Part shown: piece by piece, positions 30,290-41,924 of the stretch
How positions within the stretch are numbered: position 1 is the stretch's first letter
Layout: each line of letters begins with the position of its first letter
From: a virus
Strand: one strand, 5' to 3'
DNA length: 64,000 bases
IMG/VR virus record: IMGVR_UViG_3300044739_000018
Location: 64,001 to 128,000 of that record
Notes under the pieces: generated by a model
What the model was told of the DNA's origin: nothing
What the model saw: only the letters and a program-made list of their open reading frames with translations
The model's database searches: none
Program-made: the position numbers and the translations under genes

Positions 30290-33200
30290 TGCCGTTTCCT
30301 CCATGTTGGCGTTGTGCGGACGAGAGTAGAGCACAGGTTGATCACCGGAGTCAATACCCCCGGACAAAGATTCTTTGCCCACCGATTACAGGCCGTCAGC
30401 GGGCCTAATTTTCCATCCGAACAGCGAACTACTTCGATGTTCTTCAAGCGGGCACGGCTGGTGACCTTATGGATGGTCTTCTCAACGGTCGTTGACAGCG
30501 TTTTGCGAGAACTGTTAGAGTGTCCCGGTGGGCAACCCCTTCATCACCAAGTGCGCCTTCAGGGACAAGTTCGGCTATCGGTTCAAGAGGCTGCACTGGG
30601 CCTGGCACCGGCAGTGGTGGCTGGCGTTTGCGGTGAAGGAGAAGGCCCGGCACGCGGCTCAGATGCTGGGCCAACCGTGCTTTGTCACCCAGGCCGACGT
30701 GGACTGGGGCAAGAGGATCGCGAAGGAGCGTGGCCTGATGTAACAGCCCTTTGTCACTCGACAAAGGAGGTTGGTCATGGTGACCATCATCTGCTACATC
30801 AGCACGCCCGGTCGGCGCTACCACACAACTGCCACGGTGACGAAGTTGTCGCTGACGGCGGCATGGGCGCACATTTCCCGGTGCCCGCATGGACACGCCT
30901 TGAAGATGAGGTAGAGTCTGCCCGCCCCGGCAGGCTCTGGAGGCAAGACCACGCCATGCCCCTTGAAAATCAGGCTGGCGCAGAGACATCCATAATCTCT
31001 GGTCTCAACGCCATCCTGCCGGGGCACCTCTCTTTGGTGTACGTTCCTCTCCATGGAGGAAGTGAAGGTGGACGTTCGCCTTTGCGAGAGCGAACACGTC
31101 CCGCACCACGACTGGGGAGCCATCATCGGCGTCGTGTTCCAGTACGACGCTGCCCCGGACCAGTGGAAGAACAGAGACGAGCTTCACTTCACCTCCCCTG
31201 CCAGCGTGAAGGTCGGCGGCATGGAGTTCTGGATCGGCTGTAAGCAATTGGCCTTCATCGCGCTCTCTGACGACATCACCATTGCCTGCGCCACTACCTT
31301 GACTCTCCAGGCTGGTTCCATCATCCTGCGCGAAGGCAACACGGCCTTCATGTCGTTGGCAGCCACCTTGTCGGCCATCGAGGATTCTCAGGAGTTCGAG
31401 TTGCTCCGTCGTCAACTCATGGGTGCAGTCGAAGGGGGGAGTCTGTGGCTTCAATGAAATGCCCCTGCTGTAAACATACGTTGACGACTCCTGCCCGCAT
31501 CAGCATCGCTGTCAACCACGAGGAGGAGGACCACCGACTGAATGTTGTGGTGACCGAAGCCGTGGATCTACTTGCAAACGAAGTCAAACGGATGTATCCA
31601 AAGGACATCGCACCACAGTGGAAGCGGCTCCAGGAAGCCCTGGAGGCGTTCACCCGCGTCGACATGGAAGCAGCAGAGCGCAACTATGTCGTCAACCAAC
31701 TCATGAGCATGGAGAAGGAGCTAGGAGCATGAACCAGAAGGAATTCGACGAGGCCATGGACGAGATGAAGAAGGGCTTCGAGTCCATGTGGAACGGCATC
31801 GGCAAGGCGTTCACCTCGATGTGGGACGACCTGAAGGACGACGCCAAGGCTGCCAGCACCAAGGCGGGCGAGAAGGTGACCGACATCAGGAAGACCACGA
31901 AGGCCGCGAAGAAGAAGTGAGTCCGGCCCGGCAGAAGGCCGAGGCAGTCACCCGTGAGTACAAGGTCGATTCCACGTGGGCCTACAACGGCGCGGTCTTC
32001 GTGAGGCTGCATTCTTGCAGCCGCAATGGCAGCTCGTGGGGTGAGAGCTACGGCGTGCTCACCATCCAGGTGCCCCAAGACAAGGCGGCTGACTACTTGC
32101 CGAACACGGTCTGTGAGGTCACCATCGTCAACAAGAAGAAGCAGGAGGAGCGCGACGTTCCTGCTGTCCTGCGCCAGATCGGCACGGCGAACGGAGGACC
32201 GCGATGACTGACCGAAAATTGGTACGGGCTGTCCGCATCGAGTTGTACGACGATGGCATGACGGTGCTCAAGACGGACATGCCGTCGATGGACAAGGGCG
32301 TCTATGTCGACTCGCTTGACAAGCTGATCGCTGAGATTCCGAAGTACCTGGGGTCGACTGATGGCTAAGACCTGGCAGGACCTTTCCACTCGCGAGTTCT
32401 TCACCATGATGGAGACACCCGAGGCCCAGGCCATCGCGAACCAACATCATGCTGCCATCTACGGCGAAGGTGAGGAGCACAGCATGTTTCACTCGTGCCC
32501 GTGTGCTCACCGCTCCGTGCAGGAACTTCTGGACGCCGCCGAATGACACAGCCCACCTGTTTCCTTCGGACCACGCGCAAGGAGCTAGAGGAGCAGCGCC
32601 GGAAGGGCTGGACCGAGTTCCACCCCGAGGACTTCTGCCACCTGTGCTTCCACGCCAACATGGGGTCGTGGTCGATAGACAGCGCGACCTGGAACGAAGC
32701 CAACGTCGAGCAGTTCTGCCAAAGCGGCATCGTCTGCCCGATGTGCTTCGCCGCGATCTACACCGCCGAGACGGGCAAGCAAGTCGGTTGGCAGCTTGCC
32801 ATCAGGAACGACGGCCAGTGAAGCCCACACCGCGGTCCAACCCTGACGCCAGGGTCGACGGCTGCGCTCACACGACCGTCCGTTGCAGCCTGTGTGGCAC
32901 AGACCTCATCGGCTGCACCCATGAAGGCGGCATGCAACTGACGCCCGGCCAGCGCAACACGTTGGCGGGCCTCCACACGAAGCGGGCACGGAAGCGCAGC
33001 TTGTGGAAGCGGATCTTCGGTGAGGTCGATTCCGATGCGTACTGGCAGGGCAGAGGATGAAGCAGCCCCAGTTCTACGACCCTCCGAACTTGTTCACCAA
33101 GGACTATGAGCACCGGCACGTGCGCCGGGAGGTTCTCGCCCGGTACATCTATGAGCACTGGTCCAAGCTCATGCTCGATGCGGGCAAGGGCAACGAGATC

Positions 33201-33854
33201 TACGTCTGGGATTCCTGGCCGTGGGACAAGGAGCTGTTCATAGAGGCCGTGTCTGTGTGGGTCGGAGAACTCGTGGTGGACCCCATCATCGACAACATGA
33301 AGAATGAGGCCAACCGGCTCAGAGGGCTAGGACGATGACCAAGTTCCAGTGCTCGCGGTGCAGCAACATGCTGCTCAAGGAGATGGACGTGAACCTTGAA
33401 GGCAAGAAGGTGCTGGTTCGCGTACCGGTTTATCTGTTGTGCTGGGAAGACCTTGCAGACCACTATGACAAGGAACACCCGGAGTGGACGCAGATCGTCG
33501 CGTCCCGAATTTTGGAGTTGAGTCAGTGAAAGACGCATGGCACCAGCACCATGACTTGTGGAACAAGTACCAGCGGTACTTCAAGATCCGCAAGGACTTG
33601 AAGGTCACGGCCAACGGCACCGCCAGGACGGTCACGCTCAGCACGTGCCGCGGGAACCCCAGTGATCCAGGTGACCTCCACCTATGGCACTACAACACGC
33701 GCAACATCGTCACCATGCGTGAACTAGGCCAGGCGTTGCTGGATGCCTGCGACTTCGTTGAGGCAAGCAACCCCGAATGGGCGGGGAGGGCCAGCACCCT
33801 CCACCCAACACCCGTTAAGGGCGAAATGAAGCCTCCCTACGGGCAGAAAGAGAA

Positions 33855-34505
33855 GTGAACGAGAAGGATGTCGTCAAGCTGATCGTGGACTCTGGCCTCA
33901 GTGAATCCGAGGAGGCACTGCTCCGCGCCACGTCCCAAGTCGCCAGGCTGACGCAGCAGATCGAGCGCGTCGGCGGCAAGGTGCTGTTCGGAGAGTTCAC
34001 TCTGCGTGACGGCAGCAAGTCCACGGTCTACGTGGAGTGGCCGGACAAGTGGACGGAAATGCTCGGCAACGTCGCAGCAACCAAGACGGCGGAGTGCATT
34101 GACCTCAAGCAGCAGGTCGGTGAGCTTCATGCAGTGATCGAGTACTGCCTGGTGCATCTGGAGCACGCCACCGAGTACGGCAGCGACGAGCACAACTACA
34201 TCGAGAGCCACATCGCGATCAGATTGCGGGATGTGCTGAACAGAGAAGTTGCCTCAACGTACGTTGGCGGCCTCGAACGGAGCCGTGAGCACTGGCTGGA
34301 GAAGGCAAAGGAGATGAAAGCCATTCTCGAAGACGTGTTCATGGAAGATGACGGGATTCTCTTGTCTGAAACTCTCAGACAGCGGATTTCAGACCTGGGA
34401 TACATCAAGAAGAAGCAGGAGGAGCTACCCCTTGAAATTCCGGGGAAAGAAGCCAATAACCCCTTCCAAGGTGGCGGCTCCGGTGGCGTCCCGGACGGGA
34501 AGTAG
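33855..34505 (+). CDS. hypothetical protein
   Basis: 216-aa ORF overlapping neighbours. Confidence 0.6.
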   Translation: MNEKDVVKLIVDSGLSESEEALLRATSQVARLTQQIERVGGKVLFGEFTLRDGSKSTVYVEWPDKWTEMLGNVAATKTAECIDLKQQVGELHAVIEYCLVHLEHATEYGSDEHNYIESHIAIRLRDVLNREVASTYVGGLERSREHWLEKAKEMKAILEDVFMEDDGILLSETLRQRISDLGYIKKKQEELPLEIPGKEANNPFQGGGSGGVPDGK

Positions 34506-35415
34506 CGCCTGCGGTCTGTGCGGGCATCCTCCGCGTCAGCACTTTGGTGGAGTCGGCGGGGCGAAGTGCCCGTGTCAGGAGCCACGCTGTGGTTGCCCGG
34601 ACTACAAGACGGTCCAAACGATGTGCGTCAACTGCGGCCACCCAGCTTCTCTTCACGCAGCAAACGCGGGCTACTGCGCGGATTCGAAGTGCCACTGCAA
34701 CACCTACGTCAGCCCCACCAGCAACCAGGCTGTCGCGATGCAGACAGCTTCAACGACGGGTTGCACATGCCAGCACCACGAAGCAGACCATGATCCAGCT
34801 CCCATGCGGCGTCCGTGTACAAAGTGCGGGTGTGGCGCCTTCGACAGCGTCTTCTACGCAGACCTGATGGACACCTGTGTCTGCCAGCACGAGCGCGCTA
34901 CACACGCGGCAGGCGGCGTAGGCACCTGCCTCTCTTGCAACTGCCTCAAGTTCACCCTCAAGGGCAAAGTAGCCAGTCCTGGTCCAGCAGGCACAAGAAC
35001 AGGTCAGCCAGCCTTCATGCAGGGACCTCTGGCTGGTGGTCTGGGCAGCGGAGTCACCAAAGCCACCAGGGTCAAGCCAGTCTCAGCCATCGGCACCTAC
35101 GCGCCCACAGGCAACAGCGGCATCTCGACATGGGATGAGCCAGACTGGGACTGCATCTTCAACTTCAAGGCAGGAACAAGCGGGGCCACACCAACGCAGG
35201 TCTGGGACTGCACCGTGAAGTTGAACTTCAACCCCCCGAACGCCGAAGTCTGGGTGGATGGTGAGCAGATCCCATCTGACCCCGAGTGTTACGACGAAGC
35301 GGTAGCGGCATTGCGGCAGCGCATTCTTACCGAGGGATCCTGGGCGGTAGCCGCCCGGGATACATTGACTGATCCAGAAAATTTCGAAATTTCGCCACCG
35401 GGAGACGCATCATGA
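34471..35415 (+). CDS. protein with four tandem Cys/His metal-binding repeats
   Basis: 4 x C-x(1-2)-C-[GQ]-H-x4-H-x(5-8)-C-x(2-4)-C-x-C; start uncertain. Confidence 0.65.
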   Translation: MAAPVASRTGSSACGLCGHPPRQHFGGVGGAKCPCQEPRCGCPDYKTVQTMCVNCGHPASLHAANAGYCADSKCHCNTYVSPTSNQAVAMQTASTTGCTCQHHEADHDPAPMRRPCTKCGCGAFDSVFYADLMDTCVCQHERATHAAGGVGTCLSCNCLKFTLKGKVASPGPAGTRTGQPAFMQGPLAGGLGSGVTKATRVKPVSAIGTYAPTGNSGISTWDEPDWDCIFNFKAGTSGATPTQVWDCTVKLNFNPPNAEVWVDGEQIPSDPECYDEAVAALRQRILTEGSWAVAARDTLTDPENFEISPPGDAS

Positions 35416-35828
35416 ACGTCATTGACCTGCTGAAAGAGGATCACCAGCATGTTGCGGGCCTGTTTGCCCAATACAAGGCCGAGACCGAAGGGCCGCTGAA
35501 GCACGACATTCTCAAGGCCATCCTGCGCGAACTCAAGGTCCATGCTTCTGCCGAGGAGGAAGTGGTGTACTCCGAGCTTGCCATCATCGACCAAGAGAAG
35601 ACGAAACATGCTGCGGAGGAGCACGATCGCATCATGAACTTGATGACCGAGGTCGACATGGCCCCGGCTCCCACTCACGCAACGTACGTTGCCAAGCTGG
35701 AAGCTGAGGTCACCCATCATGTCGAGGAGGAGGAAGGCTCGGCGCTCCCCTTGCTGGAGAACTCCCTCACCGACGACCAACTTGAGGAGCTTGGCCGCAA
35801 GTTCGTGGAGCGCAAGTCTGAAATCTAA
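35412..35828 (+). CDS. hemerythrin-domain protein
   Basis: DLLKEDH, LKVHASAEEEVVY, EEHD, HHVEEEE. Confidence 0.88.
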   Translation: MNVIDLLKEDHQHVAGLFAQYKAETEGPLKHDILKAILRELKVHASAEEEVVYSELAIIDQEKTKHAAEEHDRIMNLMTEVDMAPAPTHATYVAKLEAEVTHHVEEEEGSALPLLENSLTDDQLEELGRKFVERKSEI

Positions 35829-36010
35829 GTCTGAAATCTAAGTGGTGGGTCCACCAGGATTATCCCTTTCGCTGCTCATCCACGTTTGAGGGCTGCGCTC
35901 CACGGTTCAGCTAGCTATCTTGCCGTGGACAGCCTTGACACGCGTACTGCTGCTACTCAGTACCTGGACCTCGGAGATCAACCCGCGGTCTAGTTGAACC
36001 TACAGACCCG

Positions 36011-36083
36011 CGCCCTCCCTCGGATTCGAACCGAGAACCTACGGCGTTAGAAACCGCTGCTCTGCCAGTTGAGCTAGGAAGGC
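36011..36083 (-). tRNA. tRNA with CTA anticodon (amber suppressor)
   Basis: Canonical cloverleaf; GCGGT-TTCTAAC-GCCGT. Confidence 0.85.
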
Positions 36084-36424
36084 TTGCGTAGCCGTGCGTG
36101 TTCTCGCCGGTGACAGTTCGAGCACAACACGACGCACTTCTTGATTTCTTCTTCGAGGCGCTCACGGCTGATCGACCGTCCTTGGCCTCTGACCGAAAAG
36201 CTTTTCGTCGCTGGATCTACATGATGGAAGTCGAGACACACGGGATCGGCCTCGCCGCAAGCGGCACAGGGCGTTTTCTGCGTCTCCACCCATGCCGCTA
36301 TCTCGGCCCGCCGTGATGCGGCAGCTTGGCGGCGCTGATTCCTGTAGTCCTCGTCTTCTTGATACCTCCGATTCCTGGTCTCGCGGTTGTGTTGGAGGTG
36401 GTACTCGTAATCCTTGAAGGGCAT
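36074..36424 (-). CDS. HNH endonuclease
   Basis: CAACG..LDFHHVD...CVVLCSNCHRREH. Confidence 0.9.
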   Translation of the reverse strand: MPFKDYEYHLQHNRETRNRRYQEDEDYRNQRRQAAASRRAEIAAWVETQKTPCAACGEADPVCLDFHHVDPATKSFSVRGQGRSISRERLEEEIKKCVVLCSNCHRREHARLRKPS

Positions 36425-36647
36425 GAACTCTTATCGGATTCGATACCAACCTAATTCAGCGCCCTCTGCTGTCTCGAACAGCTTGCTGGCCTGGATACCA
36501 GGAGGGCTTGGTGCCCCTGCGAGTAACGAACTCCACCGACCCTCGGGTCAGACCGGCTCTGTTGCCGGACAGGGGCATGGTGGGAGGCGGAGACTGGGCC
36601 TGCTACCCAAACGGTACGGTCCCTCTTACCTCTGGGCCGACCTCCCA

Positions 36648-36719
36648 TGGAGCGCACGGAGGGAATCGAACCCTCGCCCCCGGCCTTTAGAGGGCCTAGA
36701 CCTGACCAACAGCGCGCGC
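36648..36719 (-). tRNA. tRNA(CTA), pyrrolysine-tRNA-like shape
   Basis: GCGCGCG/CGTGCGC-T-CCA; tiny D arm CTG-TTGGT-CAG; loop CTCTAAA; T arm GAGGG-TTCGATT-CCCTC. Confidence 0.75.
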
Positions 36720-37190
36720 ATTGATATCACACCATGGCCTTCTCCTTGAGCGCAAGGGGGAGGTTGGCGCAAAGCTTGCTCGCCGCATCGCCAGGCTCCA
36801 GGGCCATTGCCGTTGCGGGCTTGCCCTGCCAGTCAGGCTCCTCGATCAAGCAGAACGGGATGCCCCGACGATGCGCCTCTGCGGCAAGATCGAGAAGGGC
36901 AGGCTCGTCATCGACGGCGACGAGAACCAGGAAGTTCGATTCGTTGTGCCACGCCTGCGTGGCGGTTGGGTGAGCACAGGCATAAGAAAAAGCCGCGTGA
37001 GCGGCCTGGGCAGCCTGATCTCCAGCGCGAAGATCGGCTCGGGTGACGATGTAGAGCTTGTCCTTCTGAACCTACGTGGGCGTCATGTCTTTCGTTCTCC
37101 TATCGGGTAGTGCGTCCAGTGAGCACTCTTTCACAGCCTCATCGGTTTGTCAAGCACCAATTCTGAGAAACTTACGCCGATACATAATCC

Positions 37191-37442
37191 ATGAAGGTGT
37201 GGATCGACCAGGACCTCTGCACGGGTGACGGCCTATGCGCCGAGATCTGCCCCGAGATCTTCTTCATGCACGACGATGGCCTCGCCTACGTGAAAGAAGT
37301 GGGAGATTCAGGCATGGAAGGCGGGGAACCAAAGCTTAAAATGGCTACCGGCTTGGCATCCGTGCCAGAGCGCCTGGAGGAAGCCGTCATCGAATCCGCC
37401 GAGGAATGCCCCGGCGATTGCATCTTCATCGAAGCCGACTAG
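37191..37442 (+). CDS. ferredoxin (actinobacterial single-cluster type)
   Basis: MKVWIDQDLCTGDGLCAEICP...AEECPGDCI. Confidence 0.93.
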   Translation: MKVWIDQDLCTGDGLCAEICPEIFFMHDDGLAYVKEVGDSGMEGGEPKLKMATGLASVPERLEEAVIESAEECPGDCIFIEAD

Positions 37443-38922
37443 CAAGGAGCAAGCATGTACATCAGCGCCGGAGCAATCATCATCATCATCATTCTCCTCC
37501 TGATCTTCGTCGTTTGAGGACGTGGGGTTCCTCAAGTGGCCGTGGATGACAGTCCTGGAGGATGATCCAGCGCCGAAGCCGCGGTGCGGCCTGGTGGACG
37601 CGATCACCGGAGCCATCTGCACTCTCGCGTACGACCACACCCGCCCACACCGGGATGACTCCGATTGGAGAATCCTGCTCGAATTCCCCGACCCACCGAA
37701 GCCAATCATTGTCTCTCGGTGACCTCGCGAGGTACTCTGCAAGCATGGGTAAGTCCGGTAAGGGCCTGCGAGACTTCGCGAAGCAGATGGATGAGTCTCA
37801 GAAGGCCCTAGAACGCACCAGGATCGCCGCAAGCGCCTTCAAGGGAGCACCGGGCCGTATTCGCCCTGAAAAGGTACAGAACGCCATAGACAGCGCCCGC
37901 GAGCTGGCAGATTCGATGAACGCGGAATACTCCATCGAGAAGTTCCACCCCAACAAGGTCACCATCGACCGGAAACGGTACGAGGCCATGGAGAAGGTGA
38001 TCTCCCTCGCCATGGTTGTGTGCGACCGTGGCACGAACAAGCCGCCCGACAAGGATGTCCAGAGGTTGCGCACCGTCGTCAACGAGCTGCTGCTCTACAA
38101 CGGAGACCGGGAGGCGATTATCGCCAGCCTGTTGCAGATGGAGGAGGCGTTGAGTGAGCAAAATGCTGCATCAGAGCACTCCGTATAAGCACGAGACCGT
38201 CACGTTCGGGAACTTCGGGATCGCCGTGCTTGGAGATCCCACAGCGACCGCATGGGTGGAGCCGGACGAACGCTTCCCCTGCCCGTGTCCGAACTGCACG
38301 TACCACCGTGAGCGCAGGGACTCAGACTCCGAACGCTGATCTCCGATCTTCTCACCATGGTTCTATGGTGTCGCTGTGGTGAGGACGACTGCGATGCGAT
38401 TGCCGAGATGATCGGTGAGTTCGTCGCAGCCACGCCTGAGGGCACGGTCAACCACCACTTCATCGTCCGGTGCTCACAGGGCCATGTCGGCTCTCCCATC
38501 GCGGAGATGGTGAGCCTGGACGTGTAGCCTTCGGGTGTGGGCCTATTCTTCTTCCTCGTAGTCTTTGTGGTCATCCTGATCCTGGTGAGCAATGGCCGCT
38601 GACCTTCGCGACATCATCCTCGACGCTCTCGGCTGGACGGAGTTCCCCCGGGGCGACGACTTCGAGTTCTTCGAGGAGCCGGAGCCGTGCGACAACTGCG
38701 ACGAGGGCCTCGTCACGGTCTTCAACTACGAGAACCGCCGCCTATGCCGTCGCTGCATGATTGAGCATGCCGATTCGATGGGCTGGATGGAAGCTCCGAA
38801 GGACGCCGAGGTAAAGTGGTTCGTTCTGGAGGCTCCCGTTGGCGAACCAGAAGTTCAGGATTCTGAAGAACCGGAACAGCCAACCTCTGGACAAGACAGC
38901 CTCTGGTAGCTACCGTCCCGGA

Positions 38923-39513
38923 ATGATCGACATAGAGACGGTGGTGGAGGAAGCGGCTCTCAAGTTCTGCAACATGAACGTGATGACGCCGTGTGAGAAT
39001 CAGCCCTGCGACCAGCACCTCGCGCTGGCGGGAATCGCCGCCGATGCCATGGCGAAGCACCTTCCCTCTGGCGTCGTGTATGGAGGCGACTGGCGAACCT
39101 GCGAGACGCTCTGGACGGGCAGGAAGCTCTATCACATTGATCAGCGCAAGCGCGAGCGGGGCTATGACCGCAGTGCGCGGGACGAGATCCTCTCCGAGCG
39201 CAGCGCACCGGAAGCTGACCTCATCAGTTCCCGGGTGCTTGGCATCGAGGGCGATATGCACATGCCCGCCATCGACATCGACTTCCCGGTCTACGCCGTG
39301 CAGTCCGACACGCCAGGTCACTCCCACCTCTACATCAACCGCCAGTTGCCGTGGGAGGCGTACGTGAAGCTGCTTCACGCCATGGCGGAAGCGGGCCTCG
39401 TGGAGAAGGAGTACGCCAACATGTCCGAGGCCCGCGGCGCCAGCTTCCTCTACATGCCCGGGAAGGGCAACGGCCCCAAGCGGGAGAAGGCTTCTTCCGA
39501 CTACTGGGGCTAG
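38923..39513 (+). CDS. hypothetical phage protein
   Basis: ORF with HMPAIDID..SDTPGHSHLYI segment. Confidence 0.6.
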   Translation: MIDIETVVEEAALKFCNMNVMTPCENQPCDQHLALAGIAADAMAKHLPSGVVYGGDWRTCETLWTGRKLYHIDQRKRERGYDRSARDEILSERSAPEADLISSRVLGIEGDMHMPAIDIDFPVYAVQSDTPGHSHLYINRQLPWEAYVKLLHAMAEAGLVEKEYANMSEARGASFLYMPGKGNGPKREKASSDYWG

Positions 39514-39525
39514 CCTTAGTCCGGT

Positions 39526-40332
39526 TTAGCTGCTAAGTCGGACGAAGGACTTCCCTTGGTCCGACTTAGTGAGCACACGGGCCTGGAGGTAGGGACGCCC
39601 GAGCATCCACGAGTGGCTGCCCACCACATACACCGGATCACCACCGGCGAGGTCACAGAATTCCTCCGCTGCTGCGGGCGGCGTGATCTGGTCGAACTTG
39701 CCCCACACGCACAACATCGGAAGCGCACGATCATGCAGTTCCGCCACCTCATCACGCATGTCGATGCTGAGAAGCTCGAACGCGGCGGGCATGGTCGTCC
39801 TTGGCGAACGAACGTTGGTGGAGAAGTCGGGGAACACAGCTCTCGCAGTGGACACCATCCTGCCCATGAGGAGGTCAGCCGTTTCGATGGGGCTGAGCAC
39901 GAATCGGCGCATCGTCGGCTTTCTCCATGCGGGCGTGGCTGCACCATCGCGGTAGATGATTCCGCTCACCCTGTCCGGGTGGTTGGCAGCCAGATCCACG
40001 GCTACTGCTCCGCCCATGGAGTGCCCGAGCACGACGGCGCTGTCAATGCCCAGTCGGTCCATCAATCCGACGATGGTGTCAGCCATCCCGCTAATGCAGC
40101 CCCGCTCCAACACTGGATCGGAGCCTCCGAAGCCCGGCAGACTGGGGTTGACGACTTTCCAGCCAAGCTTCTCGGCCAAGATGCTGCTCTCTCGCCAGTA
40201 CATGCCGCCACCGGCGAACCACCCGTGGATGTTGATAGCAAATCCGCTATCACGGTGGCTGTTGTTCGAAACTGCGTAAACGAGCCGCCGACCAGCGATG
40301 TCCACTGCGGCGGGCTGCATTCGCGGCCGCAT
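39526..40332 (-). CDS. alpha/beta hydrolase
   Basis: IHGW, LPGFGGS, GHSMGG nucleophile, WGKFD, GSH. Confidence 0.9.
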   Translation of the reverse strand: MRPRMQPAAVDIAGRRLVYAVSNNSHRDSGFAINIHGWFAGGGMYWRESSILAEKLGWKVVNPSLPGFGGSDPVLERGCISGMADTIVGLMDRLGIDSAVVLGHSMGGAVAVDLAANHPDRVSGIIYRDGAATPAWRKPTMRRFVLSPIETADLLMGRMVSTARAVFPDFSTNVRSPRTTMPAAFELLSIDMRDEVAELHDRALPMLCVWGKFDQITPPAAAEEFCDLAGGDPVYVVGSHSWMLGRPYLQARVLTKSDQGKSFVRLSS

Positions 40333-40691
40333 GATGAGAACGTCGACCGTAACTTCCACAAGTATCAATCACAGTTTTCCCAACGGACGTTGAGCATTCT
40401 GACCGCGTACGAGAAAACCTACCGTCCTGATCTGTCCGGCATTTCCCTCAGAAAATCCGTGCAGACGGAAAACTTCTAGAGGCTTGACATGCAAGACATG
40501 ACATCTGATGCACTTTGGGAGCGTTTGGAGACAGCCATCGAAACCGCAATCTTGGCGCGCCGTCGAATGAATCTTGCAACGCCGGGCACCAAGGAGGATG
40601 ATGTGGCGGCCGCCATCGCCTTCAAGACGAAGTGCAAGGCGCACGTGGCCCTCATCAAGCTCATCGACGGAGAAGCAGCTACCCCACAACC

Positions 40692-41198
40692 ATGAACACT
40701 GCACAGAAGAAACCGAAGGAGCTGAACCGTGAACGTCGTCGCACGCGCCGTTGCTACGACCATCTATACGTTGCTCCACTCTGGGTTGCCTTCGAGGCGA
40801 ACCTCGGAACCCTCCTCAGGACTTGCGATGCTGTGGGGGCGTGCATGGCCCTTCCGAGCACGCCGTACTATCGCCAAGCCCTTGCTCGCGGTCGAACCCT
40901 CAACGGGAAGCAGACCTGCGTCCACTGGGTCCAGAAGGGCACCTACGTCGAGTCCATGAAGGGCAAGGCCCGCATCATCGGAGTCGAACTTGCCGATGAC
41001 GCAACGATGTTGGGCGACGTGCGGCCCGCACGGGAACGCACCATCGTCTGCCTCGGACATGAGCACGAAGGTCTTCCGGCAAAGGTCTATCCGCTGCTGG
41101 ACGAGGTTGTGGAGATCCCCATGATTGGCGTGGGTAGCAGCCTTAACGTTGCCGTCGCAGGGTCCCTTGTCTTGTACAAGTTGAGCGGCTTGATCTAA
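40692..41198 (+). CDS. SpoU/TrmH-family RNA methyltransferase
   Basis: NLGTLLRTCDAVG, LGHEHEGL, IPMIGVGSSLNVAVA. Confidence 0.92.
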   Translation: MNTAQKKPKELNRERRRTRRCYDHLYVAPLWVAFEANLGTLLRTCDAVGACMALPSTPYYRQALARGRTLNGKQTCVHWVQKGTYVESMKGKARIIGVELADDATMLGDVRPARERTIVCLGHEHEGLPAKVYPLLDEVVEIPMIGVGSSLNVAVAGSLVLYKLSGLI

Positions 41199-41513
41199 CA
41201 CAGATTACCTCCGATTCTATAGATGGAAAGGAGGTACCATGGACCCCATTCTGGTAGCAGTCTTTCTAGTCATCGCGTTCGTAGTCTTCCTGTACGCCGC
41301 GCTGGCAAAGACGCCGCGCTTTGACCGCGTGCAACTGATCGCTGGAGGCAGCGCCGCCTTCATCGCACCCGTTGTGTACGAAGCCGTAAAAGCAGCGGCC
41401 TAACCACTTCCCGACGTGCCCTGGCTGATAAAGTCGGGGCACGTCCGCGCCCCAACAGCCCTCGATCTACAACACGCCCTTCATCCTCTGGGGCCAAGCC
41501 TACGTCTGAGCCA

Positions 41514-41906
41514 CTGGAGTTCCGCGTCCTCATCTGCGGTGACCGCAACTGGACCGACTACTGGGGCATCAGAATGCTCGTTGAGGGCTTGCACCGACAG
41601 GCTGTCTCAAATAAGCAGACACTCGTCATCATTCACGGTGCTGCCCGTGGCGCAGACCTAATCGCTGGTGAGATTGCCCTCAGCATCGAGGGTGTGAAGG
41701 TGGAGGAGTACCCGGCCCAATGGGAGAAGCACGGGAAGAAGGCCGGGCCGCTCCGCAACGTCCAGATGCTGCAAGAAGGTCAGCCGGAGCTTGTCATCGC
41801 TTTCCACGACGATCTTGCGAACTCCAAGGGAACTCGTCATATGGCGACCATAGCCGCCAAACAAGGTCTTGATGTGTACGTCGTGCGCCGCTATTCTGGC
41901 GGCTAA
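41514..41906 (+). CDS. YspA/SLOG (DUF2493-like) protein
   Basis: RVLICGDRNW, IIHGAARGAD, AGPLRNVQML, SKGTRHM; start uncertain (possibly CTG). Confidence 0.8.
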   Translation: MEFRVLICGDRNWTDYWGIRMLVEGLHRQAVSNKQTLVIIHGAARGADLIAGEIALSIEGVKVEEYPAQWEKHGKKAGPLRNVQMLQEGQPELVIAFHDDLANSKGTRHMATIAAKQGLDVYVVRRYSGG

Positions 41907-41924
41907 CCGAACAAGGAGGAAGTA

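Noticed and set aside
29528-31243. 571-aa plus-strand ORF and similar long ORFs (1761-2912, 15972-17282, 28340-29425, 41658-42764)
   Set aside because: Antisense shadows of real genes, typical of high-GC codon bias
35814-35843. 13-bp tandem duplication AAGTCTGAAATCT at the hemerythrin stop
   Set aside because: A single local duplication with no associated element
36011-36719. Genome-wide TAG recoding
   Set aside because: Recognisable genes are full length in code 11 and several end at TAG
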